Shown here in pieces: positions 9,524 to 20,753 of a stretch of 32,000 nt of DNA. The notes beneath the pieces were generated by a model, which was not told the origin of the DNA, ran no database searches, and saw nothing but the letters and a program-made list of their open reading frames with translations. Each line of letters starts with the position of its first letter. Within the stretch, counting starts at the first letter, position 1. The stretch is from contig CACKAZ010000009.1 of assembly GCA_902598275.1 (NCBI GenBank), positions 14,481-46,480 on the forward strand, written 5' to 3'. Both the position numbers and the translations under genes were made by a program. This stretch comes from an uncultured Alphaproteobacteria bacterium. GTDB taxonomy: Bacteria; Pseudomonadota; Alphaproteobacteria; HIMB59.

Positions 9524-10812
9524 TGGCTAGTATCAGACTCTATTCTAAGAATATCTTTGGGTTTCATTTGTGATATTTGTATTTTAATATCACCAGATAT
9601 TTTATTATCAATTCTTAAGATAAGAAACTTACTACCAACTTTGGGAAAACTATGTTTTACAAAAGGTTTAATATAAATAGTCTCCATATAACTCATTTTA
9701 ATTTTTTTTGAATTGATAGAAATTGAAGAAGAGTCCACAAGTGCATAAATATATTGGTGTGATGAAATACTAAAAAATTTATTATTTTTTTTTACTACTT
9801 CTAATTCAAGACCTTTTGAGGAAGGAACATTTGGAGAAGATGCAAGAAAAAATAATTTGAAAATTTGACTTTTTAAATTTGGAAAGAAATATTTTTGATA
9901 ATTTATCTTCTTTAAAACAACAACTTCAGTTTCCTTTTTGACTGAAAGAATCTCTCTAATATTAACATTTAAAAAATCTGATATTTTTATCAAATCATTA
10001 ATACTGAAGTCTATTTTGCCCTGAATTTTATTATCATAATCCTTTATAGATACTCTCTCTCTGAGATTATCTTTGCTTAAAGACATATTGTCTAAAAAAT
10101 TTAATATTTGATTATGTGAATTAGAATAATTAGACACCTTCTTAAGGTAATTTTTATCTTTCAAGGAAGATAAATTTAATAATTCTTTTTGTGTTTCAAA
10201 GTTTATTTTATCTTCAAAAGTTACAGCTACTATGTAAGAAATTCCTTTCTTACTTCTTGTTGTAAATGAGTGAGGTACATAAGGTGGAATATAGCAACTA
10301 TCACCAGATTTCATTTTTGATAATGTTTTTTTTCCATTCTTTAAATAGTAAAAATTAACATCTCCAACAAAATATGTGAACTGATGGAGTAAGTGACCTT
10401 TGTTCCAGGCAACTAATTTATTATCTGGTTTATCATCTTTAGTATAGCATAGAGTTCTTATCCATTCTGGCTTATATGGAGCATTTCTTTCAGTAGCTGT
10501 ATCTTTGTATTCATAATAATCAAGACCATTACGCTGCATAAGTCGCGCTGATTTATTGCTAATATTATTCTTTATATAAATAAATTCTGAGTCATTGATT
10601 TGGGGGTTAATTAAATCAGAAATTTTAATTGGCCAAATCTTCGACATTGAATTTATAATTTCGAGTGTTATTGGTTTTTTGCCATTTAAAATTTTTTCAA
10701 ATTCTTTTTGAGATAAATTTAATTCTTTAGCAGCATCCTTGTCTCTTCTTTTAATATCGTTAAGTATCTGTTTGAGCCTAACGTTAGAAAATACGTTATT
10801 TTTTTTTGACAT
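9514..10812 (-). CDS. mpnS: 2-hydroxyethylphosphonate oxygenase of the HEPD/MpnS bicupin family; residue pattern favours methylphosphonate synthase
   Basis: 432-aa ORF built as a tandem [helical XRE-like domain + cupin] duplication (YIPPYVPHSF vs YIKPFVKHSF). The first cupin has H140-x3-Q144...H181, with F154 and I175. It overlaps the ppm start by 10 nt (ATGGTTTTAA). See finding 1. Confidence 0.65.
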   Translation of the reverse strand: MSKKNNVFSNVRLKQILNDIKRRDKDAAKELNLSQKEFEKILNGKKPITLEIINSMSKIWPIKISDLINPQINDSEFIYIKNNISNKSARLMQRNGLDYYEYKDTATERNAPYKPEWIRTLCYTKDDKPDNKLVAWNKGHLLHQFTYFVGDVNFYYLKNGKKTLSKMKSGDSCYIPPYVPHSFTTRSKKGISYIVAVTFEDKINFETQKELLNLSSLKDKNYLKKVSNYSNSHNQILNFLDNMSLSKDNLRERVSIKDYDNKIQGKIDFSINDLIKISDFLNVNIREILSVKKETEVVVLKKINYQKYFFPNLKSQIFKLFFLASSPNVPSSKGLELEVVKKNNKFFSISSHQYIYALVDSSSISINSKKIKMSYMETIYIKPFVKHSFPKVGSKFLILRIDNKISGDIKIQISQMKPKDILRIESDTSQWF

Positions 10813-11026
10813 TCTTTTTGTTCAAATTTTTTTTGAAAATTTTATTATAAATATTGATTATTTTATGTTTAATTACAATTAATGAAGCTATGCCAGATGC
10901 TATCAAAACACCAATCATAGAAAAAAGTCCTCCTGGTTCTATATATGCAAATGCATTTTTTGAAAAAACACAACCCAAAGACAAAATGAGTAATAAATTT
11001 TTAAAAACTATTATAATTTTAAACAT
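10796..11026 (-). CDS. small hydrophobic/polybasic membrane protein (76 aa; alternative 40-aa product from internal ATG at 10918)
   Basis: The ORF opens the phosphonate operon and overlaps the mpnS start by 17 nt. It has a signal-like N-terminus (LLLILSLGCVFSKNAFA), a second hydrophobic helix (LFSMIGVLIASGIASLIVI) and a Lys-rich tail. I recognise no family. Confidence 0.4.
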   Translation of the reverse strand: MFKIIIVFKNLLLILSLGCVFSKNAFAYIEPGGLFSMIGVLIASGIASLIVIKHKIINIYNKIFKKNLNKKNVKKK

Positions 11027-11033
11027 GCTATTA

Positions 11034-11058
11034 GAATTTCACATATATATTGAAATTC
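11034..11058. repeat. inverted repeat GAATTTCA-N9-TGAAATTC (operator or 5'-UTR hairpin candidate)
   Basis: A perfect 8-bp inverted repeat read directly from the sequence. It lies 8 nt upstream of the ATG at 11026 (minus strand), inside the 62-nt gap between that ORF and tRNA-fMet. Confidence 0.5.
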
Positions 11059-11065
11059 AACAATA

Positions 11066-11071
11066 ATTATA
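11066..11071 (-). promoter_or_regulatory. candidate -10 box (TATAAT on the minus strand) for the phosphonate operon
   Basis: Plus-strand ATTATA at 11066-11071 is TATAAT on the minus strand, ~40 nt upstream of ATG 11026. No convincing -35 is present, because that region would fall in the tRNA-fMet 5' end. Confidence 0.25.
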
Positions 11072-11088
11072 TATCTTTCGTCTCATGG

Positions 11089-11165
<77 letters not shown>

Positions 11166-11222
11166 ATATTTTATCTCTAATTGTTTTAATATATTTTCAC
11201 TGTTAAATTATAATTAAGCTAA

Positions 11223-13034
11223 ATGTTTTTTTTTCCAATATTGTTATCTCAGCTATTGCTAGTAATTTTTTTTTTATATAGTTTTTCAAAAAAATTTTTA
11301 ATAATTTTTGATTTTAAAAATATCATTTTACTTTTCATTCCTTTAATTTTAATAATTAGTTCAGGTTTTCGTTTTTATGGATATTCAATTTATGATGATA
11401 TATTATTAATTTTTTTAACCTTATATATACTTGTAAATTATTCAAAAATAAAAATTAAATTTTCCTTAAATGATAAATTAATTATTACTCTTTTATTAAT
11501 ACTATTGCTGCATTCATTTTTTGGTCTATACACTTATAAAGAAATAAAAATTATTATTTATCCTGCGTACTTTGTTGGATTAATTTCACTATTGTGCTTT
11601 CTTAAAATTAACAAAATTAATTATGAGGAAAAAAAAGCACTTTTATATTTTGATATCGTAGTCATTTATTTTCTTATACTAACAGTTTCTACTCTTTACC
11701 TAGATTTCACTCCAATTTTATTTGAAGATTTTATAAGTTACGTCAATAATGATAGATGTCTGGGTCTTTATGATGAAGCATTATCTAGACATAAGCATTT
11801 TCATCAATGCTTGCAAAATGTATTAACATCTGGATCAACATTATCTATTTTACCAATAATATTTGGCTACCTCCTTATTTATAGTAATTTTCATAAACAA
11901 AAAATAAGAACAATCATTCTAATTTTTTTATTTATTTCTTATACTGATATTACTAATAGCGAGGCAGGGCACTTAATAATAATTTTCAGTAGTATATTAA
12001 TTTTGATATTAAAAAATTTTAAATTCCAATTTATTGTTATTAACCTTATATCAATATTTTTGTTTTTATTATTCAGTTCAGCGAATCTATATATCAAACA
12101 TAAAGTTTTATCTGAGAATCTACAGATCAAACATAGTGTTTTAAATGATAATAAATTACTAGAAAACGTCTTTGATAAACAAAGTAAAAGATTTAATTAC
12201 TCAAATAATTACTTTAATCACATCAATAAAAAGACACTCAATGATGTAAATCATATGCTTGCGGATAAAAATTATATTGATCAATTCAAAATTAATAATT
12301 ATGGCGACCCTGAGCTTTTAGAAATAATAACAATCATAGAGAAAAATATAAAACTTCTTGATTCATATAATAGAGATATTCTCAATTTAATGTACCAAGA
12401 TGTAAATGAGGATAGATCAAAATACCCCATATCAAATTATGAATATAAATATCTTGACCTAAAAAAATATTTTGGTTCAGGTGATACTATAAGAATTTCA
12501 ACAGGTTCTATAGGCTCCAGATTAAGGGATATTATTATATTACTTGACACTAAAATCACTAATACTGAAAAATTATTCGGGAATGGCATTTATTCATCAA
12601 GATATAAACTTCCTAAACAAATTGAATTCTCAGATATGAATTTATCTCTTTTCATTGGTAAAGAAATAAATGATTATGGTGTTGGGTATTCATTAAAAAA
12701 AATTTATAGCCAAGGTCATAAAATTCTAACCTTCGGTGAGAATATGGTAGTTTACAGTAATGCATACGATCAAATACCCACAATGATTTTTTTTTCAAAA
12801 TTTATTTATGATTTTGGGTTAATTGCTTTTGCTATTTTCCTTTTCATAATCTTTATTAATATTTTTAAAGTTTACAAAGAATATATTTTTAAAGATTTTA
12901 TTTTTTTAACTTATATTTTATTATTAATATGTTCTTGGTCATTTTTAACAGATTTAACAAATAATCTTGTATTTTACGCCTTACTATTTTATTCATATAT
13001 TATTAAATTTTTCATAAAAAATAAACTTAGTTGA
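11223..13034 (+). CDS. polytopic membrane protein, possibly Wzy/O-antigen-ligase-like polymerase with a large extracytoplasmic loop
   Basis: 603-aa ORF with ~9 hydrophobic helices in residues 1-290, a ~230-aa hydrophilic insert, then 2-3 C-terminal helices. Weak resemblance to Wzy_C blocks (GSRLRDI...FGNGIYSS). The function is a guess from topology and context. Confidence 0.35.
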   Translation: MFFFPILLSQLLLVIFFLYSFSKKFLIIFDFKNIILLFIPLILIISSGFRFYGYSIYDDILLIFLTLYILVNYSKIKIKFSLNDKLIITLLLILLLHSFFGLYTYKEIKIIIYPAYFVGLISLLCFLKINKINYEEKKALLYFDIVVIYFLILTVSTLYLDFTPILFEDFISYVNNDRCLGLYDEALSRHKHFHQCLQNVLTSGSTLSILPIIFGYLLIYSNFHKQKIRTIILIFLFISYTDITNSEAGHLIIIFSSILILILKNFKFQFIVINLISIFLFLLFSSANLYIKHKVLSENLQIKHSVLNDNKLLENVFDKQSKRFNYSNNYFNHINKKTLNDVNHMLADKNYIDQFKINNYGDPELLEIITIIEKNIKLLDSYNRDILNLMYQDVNEDRSKYPISNYEYKYLDLKKYFGSGDTIRISTGSIGSRLRDIIILLDTKITNTEKLFGNGIYSSRYKLPKQIEFSDMNLSLFIGKEINDYGVGYSLKKIYSQGHKILTFGENMVVYSNAYDQIPTMIFFSKFIYDFGLIAFAIFLFIIFINIFKVYKEYIFKDFIFLTYILLLICSWSFLTDLTNNLVFYALLFYSYIIKFFIKNKLS

Positions 13035-13945
13035 TGAAAACATTTTATGTTCATGTAGGGTTACCAAAGGCTTTTAGCACCTCAATACAAAACTATATTT
13101 TTAAAGTTGAAAATCAATTTAAAGACTTTCTTTTTATAAATGATACTTTTGTTTCAAATGAAGTGTCTAAATATTATAAGTCACTCAAAAATAGTATTTA
13201 CGGTTATGGCGGAGTAGCTATTTATGATTATAAAAAACTTAATAAAATTGAGATTCAAAATTTTAAAGAAAAAATAAATAAAATTGCTTACAATAAAATT
13301 ATAATATCTGATGAGTCACTATTTGGTAATCCATATACTGATTATAATGACAGACAAAATATAATTAAAAATATCAAATCTTTATTCGATGGAGAGATAA
13401 AAATTTTGATTTCTTTAAGAAATCAAAAAAAATGGTCTAAATCATTTTTTAATACTTCTATTCAACAGGGTACAAGCAAAAGTTATAAAAAATTTATTGA
13501 TAAAGCTGGTCACCTCTCAATTAATTTAAAAGAGATGAATTTATCAAATCACATTAAGGATTTTAGTATTAATTTTGGTAAAGAAAATACTACAGTTACT
13601 TTTTGCGAAAAACAGATAGAAGAATTTAAAAATGATATAGATAATTTTTTTGGTTTTAAAAATAGTGAAATTCAATTTCCACGAAAAAATATCTCTTTTA
13701 ATAAACATTATCACACAGGAAGATTAATTATTAACAAGCTCATTAATCAAAAAATTTGTCAATTTTTCAATAATTTTAGGATTATATATTATATAAGTGT
13801 TTTTTTAGGCTATTTTATTGATTTATTAAAATTATATAAAGAGGATTACTCCATTCCTAATCAGACTGCTAATCAACTAAATGATTATAATAAACATCTT
13901 TTTAAAGACTTAGATTCTAAGGTATCAAAAAACTATATATTTTAG
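13034..13945 (+). CDS. sulfotransferase-like protein
   Basis: ~303 aa from ATG 13034 (TGATG overlap with the upstream stop; the track begins at TTG 13031). HVGLPKAFSTSIQ resembles the 5'-PSB loop (PKxGTT). ISLRNQKKWSKSFF resembles the 3'-PB motif (RNPxDRxxS). Confidence 0.4.
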   Translation: MKTFYVHVGLPKAFSTSIQNYIFKVENQFKDFLFINDTFVSNEVSKYYKSLKNSIYGYGGVAIYDYKKLNKIEIQNFKEKINKIAYNKIIISDESLFGNPYTDYNDRQNIIKNIKSLFDGEIKILISLRNQKKWSKSFFNTSIQQGTSKSYKKFIDKAGHLSINLKEMNLSNHIKDFSINFGKENTTVTFCEKQIEEFKNDIDNFFGFKNSEIQFPRKNISFNKHYHTGRLIINKLINQKICQFFNNFRIIYYISVFLGYFIDLLKLYKEDYSIPNQTANQLNDYNKHLFKDLDSKVSKNYIF

Positions 13946-13994
13946 ATCTATCAAAAATATCAAAAAATAAGGATATTTTATCATTATATAGCAT

Positions 13995-14026
13995 TTGACA
14001 AAAGCACAAGAAAGTGTAGTTATACT
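13995..14026 (+). promoter_or_regulatory. candidate rrn promoter (perfect -35 TTGACA; weak/ambiguous -10)
   Basis: TTGACA at 13995-14000 is preceded by a very A/T-rich UP-like tract. Possible -10 boxes are AGTTAT (17-nt spacer, preceded by TGT) or TATACT (20-nt spacer). It lies ~230 nt upstream of 16S. Confidence 0.4.
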
Positions 14027-14066
14027 TCTACAAAAATTACGAGTTACAATGCCATTTATTGTGCAT

Positions 14067-14079
14067 TAGTATCTCTTGC
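14067..14079 (+). promoter_or_regulatory. boxA-like antitermination element in the rrn leader
   Basis: TGCTCTTTATTAA matches the E. coli rrn boxA TGCTCTTTAACAA at 11 of 13 positions. Confidence 0.55.
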
Positions 14080-14105
14080 TCTTTATTAATTGTTAATATG
14101 AAATG

Positions 14106-14117
14106 AATAGACGGTGG
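14106..14117 (+). other. 5' half of the 16S-flanking processing stem (pairs with 15766-15777)
   Basis: AATAGACGGTGG at 14106-14117 is the exact reverse complement of CCACCGTCTATT at 15766-15777. The two bracket the 16S gene like an RNase III processing stem. Confidence 0.7.
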
Positions 14118-14228
14118 GTTTATACAACGTCGAATATCGGTTAAGCTTTAACTAGTTAATAATTATAGCTCGGTATTTGTCGTATAACCTACGTCAATTT
14201 AAAACTTTGTTTTTATGAGTAGGTAATT

Positions 14229-15726
<1,498 letters not shown>

Positions 15727-15819
15727 AGGAAAAAAAACTTTGAACTAAGTGTACGTTTAAAGTAACCACCGTCTATTTGTTTTGCTTTTTTCAACTAAAG
15801 TTGATAAAGGGCATCGATT

Positions 15820-15896
15820 GGGCGTGTAGCTCAGTTGGTTAGAGCGCGCGCTTGATAAGCGTGAGGTCGGAGGTTCAAGTCCTCCCTCGCCCACCA
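15820..15896 (+). tRNA. tRNA-Ile (anticodon GAU)
   Basis: GGGCGTGTAGCTCAGTTGGTTAGAGCGCGCGCTTGATAAGCGTGAGGTCGGAGGTTCAAGTCCTCCCTCGCCCACCA is a classical spacer tRNA-Ile, colinear with the E. coli ileT type. Confidence 0.95.
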
Positions 15897-15904
15897 ACAC
15901 TGTT

Positions 15905-15980
15905 GGGGGATTAGCTCAGCTGGGAGAGCGCCTGATTTGCATTCAGGAGGTCAGCGGTTCGATCCCGCTATCCTCCACCA
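15905..15980 (+). tRNA. tRNA-Ala (anticodon UGC)
   Basis: GGGGGATTAGCTCAGCTGGGAGAGCGCCTGATTTGCATTCAGGAGGTCAGCGGTTCGATCCCGCTATCCTCCACCA. The G3:U70 alanine identity pair is present. Confidence 0.95.
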
Positions 15981-16017
15981 ACTTTTTTAAAATCGTAAAT
16001 ATGTAAGCTGATAACAC

Positions 16018-16056
16018 AGACGAATAACTTGCACGAGTTGTTCGTCAATTTAACAA
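16018..16056 (+). promoter_or_regulatory. spacer hairpin (boxB-like) followed by a second boxA-like element
   Basis: GACGAATAACT-TGCACG-AGTTGTTCGTC forms a 10/11-bp stem. It is immediately followed by CAATTTAACAA, which resembles the boxA core CTCTTTAACAA at 9 of 11 positions. Confidence 0.4.
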
Positions 16057-16118
16057 CTAATATAACAACAAATAACTACAAAAAGTTATTAACAACAAAC
16101 TTTTCACTGTGTGTTAAT

Positions 16119-18838
<2,720 letters not shown>

Positions 18839-18879
18839 AATACACAGCGAAAAGTTTTAACTATATGTTATAAAAAGTT

Positions 18880-18992
18880 TGTGGCGGTCATAGCGGAGTG
18901 AAAAAACCCGATCCCATTTCGAACTCGGTCGTGAAGGCCTCCAGCGCCGATGGTACTAAGTCTTAAGGCTTGGGAGAGTAGGACGCCGCCTG
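18880..18992 (+). rRNA. rrf: 5S ribosomal RNA
   Basis: GTGGCGGTCATAGCGGAGTG...CCCATTTCGAACTCGGTCGTGAA...GCGCCGATGGTACT...GGGAGAGTAGGACGCCGCC is colinear with bacterial 5S. It lies only ~41 nt after 23S. Ends are +/- 3 nt. Confidence 0.93.
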
Positions 18993-19039
18993 TTTATTTT
19001 CTCACATATTTATTTTTTTTTATTTTTTGTCGCATATTA

Positions 19040-19056
19040 TGCTAGAATTATAGAAT
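19040..19056 (+). promoter_or_regulatory. candidate extended -10 promoter (TGcTAGAAT) with a tandem second TAGAAT abutting the ATG
   Basis: TGCTAGAATTATAGAAT-ATG. The first TAGAAT (19043-19048) carries an upstream TG. The second (19051-19056) directly abuts start codon 19057. If the first box is used, the mRNA would be leaderless or nearly so. Confidence 0.3.
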
Positions 19057-19821
19057 ATGGTTTCAATTAATTCTAAACAGAGAGCTAACGAGACAGAAAA
19101 AGAATACTCAAAAAGTATTGAAGATTATTTATTTGAGCATAATGGAAAAAAACTTGAGCAATTAAATGTTGATTGTTTTCCAAACTTTACCACTACAAAT
19201 TTAATAAGAAAATTATTTGTAAGATATGAACTATACAGAAAAACTTTTAAAATTCATGGTGATATCTTCGAGTGTGGAGTAGGTTATGGTCCAGGTTTTT
19301 TTTCTTGGCTGCATTTGAAAAATATTTTTGAACCATATAATCACCTCAGAAAAATAGTCGGTTTTGACACATTTGAGGGCTTTGAAAAGATATCGGATCA
19401 AGATAAATCAAGTTTACATAATGATGACCTAATAGAAAAAGGTCTCAAAGCAGATGTTTTTAATAAGCTTTTAAATTTATTAAGTATGAAATCAAAATTA
19501 TATCCTAATCCCCACTTAGAACAGGCCTTTTTAATTAAAGGCGATATAATACAAACACTTGATCAATATCTTGAAAAAAATTCCCAAACAATTGTCTCAT
19601 TATTATTCCTAGATTTTGATCTTTATGAACCTACTCTCCATGTTTTAAATAGAGTCGTTCCTTTGATGTCAAAGGGAGCAATTATAGCTTTTGATCAGAT
19701 TAACCATGATTTTTGGCCAGGTGAGTCTGTCGCAGTAAAAGATTATTTTGGAAAAAATTTTGGAGATATTGAAATTAAAAGGTTAGATATATCAGGGACA
19801 ACTTCATATATAGAAATTTAA
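19057..19821 (+). CDS. TylF/MycF-family SAM-dependent (sugar) O-methyltransferase
   Basis: 254-aa ORF. GDIFECGVGYG, VGFDTFEGF and LLFLDFDLYEPT...LMSKGAIIAFDQ match the TylF-family blocks (G.ivEcGvwrG, DsFeG, lD.DlYeST...GG.i..DDY). Confidence 0.7.
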   Translation: MVSINSKQRANETEKEYSKSIEDYLFEHNGKKLEQLNVDCFPNFTTTNLIRKLFVRYELYRKTFKIHGDIFECGVGYGPGFFSWLHLKNIFEPYNHLRKIVGFDTFEGFEKISDQDKSSLHNDDLIEKGLKADVFNKLLNLLSMKSKLYPNPHLEQAFLIKGDIIQTLDQYLEKNSQTIVSLLFLDFDLYEPTLHVLNRVVPLMSKGAIIAFDQINHDFWPGESVAVKDYFGKNFGDIEIKRLDISGTTSYIEI

Positions 19822-20753
19822 TCTTTTGTGTTTACTTCTTCATCAACAATGACTTGATTTAAATTTTGATTTTGAGAGTAAACTCTATTTAAATATTCAC
19901 CAATCACTCCCAACATTATTGCATTAATGCCCATAGATATTAATATTAAGCATACTAATGTTGCAAAACCAGAAACTTCGATTCCAAAATAAAATCTCTC
20001 AAATAAGTAATATAAAATCAAACAAAAAGAAGACATTGTTATAAATATTCCTAAATAAAGAATGAATCTTAATGGTATTGAGGAATATTGCGTTATGCCT
20101 GTAAATGCAAAGTCAATATATGAAAATAAATTAAATTTCGATTTTCCAGCTTTTCTTTTTTCTCTTGTGTATTCAATGCCCTTTTGTTTAAATCCTATTT
20201 TTGCAATCGCACCTCTTATATACAAATCGTTAATATTATTCTTGAGTAGAAATGTAATAATCTTTCTTGAAACAAGCCTGAAATCTCCTGCATTTACAGG
20301 TATAGAATTATTGCTCATTTTGAATAATAAAAAGTAAAATATCTTTATCAAAATATTTATTATAAAACCATCACTTCTATTTTTTCTTACACCATAAACT
20401 ACTTCATAACCATTCTCCCATTCAGCTATGAATAATTTAAAAAGCTTTGGGCTATCTTGTAAATCACAATCAATTTGAATAACAGCATCTCCTTTAGCTA
20501 CAGAGTATCCATACATCAGTGAGTTTTGAATACCAAAATTATTTGAATATCTATAAGCTCTGACATTAGAGTCCTTTTTACAAATAACTTTTATTTTATT
20601 AAAGGTATCATCAAGACTTCTGTTATCTAGAAAGATTATTTCATAGTCATATAGTTCTAAATTATTTAGTTCTCTCTTCACTTCTTCATAACATTTTAAA
20701 ATATTTTCACTCTCATTAAATGTTGGTATTAATATTGATATAATTTTTTTCAT
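19818..20753 (-). CDS. GT2 polyprenyl-phosphate glycosyltransferase (GtrB/ArnC/DPM1-like, two C-terminal TM helices)
   Basis: 311-aa ORF. ILIPTFNESENI, FLDNRSLDDT and IQIDCDLQD form the GT2 catalytic core. The C-terminus has two hydrophobic helices, as in GtrB/ArnC. Confidence 0.8.
   Translation of the reverse strand: MKKIISILIPTFNESENILKCYEEVKRELNNLELYDYEIIFLDNRSLDDTFNKIKVICKKDSNVRAYRYSNNFGIQNSLMYGYSVAKGDAVIQIDCDLQDSPKLFKLFIAEWENGYEVVYGVRKNRSDGFIINILIKIFYFLLFKMSNNSIPVNAGDFRLVSRKIITFLLKNNINDLYIRGAIAKIGFKQKGIEYTREKRKAGKSKFNLFSYIDFAFTGITQYSSIPLRFILYLGIFITMSSFCLILYYLFERFYFGIEVSGFATLVCLILISMGINAIMLGVIGEYLNRVYSQNQNLNQVIVDEEVNTKD

Noticed and set aside
10796-11026. The small ORF as a PEP-CTERM or GlyGly-CTERM sorting-signal protein (IEPGG + TM helix + basic cluster).
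   Set aside because: The motif is IEPGG rather than PEP. The basic tail is ~25 residues long, much longer than known sorting signals. The mature part would be essentially empty. No exosortase or rhombosortase gene is in the window.
11034-11058. The 8-N9-8 inverted repeat as a Rho-independent terminator.
   Set aside because: No U-tract follows the stem on either strand. Its position between a divergent ORF start and a tRNA fits an operator or 5'-UTR element better.
10854-11066. 70-aa plus-strand ORF.
   Set aside because: It is antisense to the small membrane-peptide ORF and runs through the inverted-repeat/promoter region. Nothing supports it as coding. The minus-strand ORF is better supported because it is translationally coupled to mpnS.
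11939-12130. 63-aa minus-strand ORF.
   Set aside because: It is antisense within the 603-aa membrane protein gene and is a shadow ORF.
20062-20337. 91-aa plus-strand ORF.
   Set aside because: It is antisense within the well-supported GtrB-like GT2 gene and is a shadow ORF.
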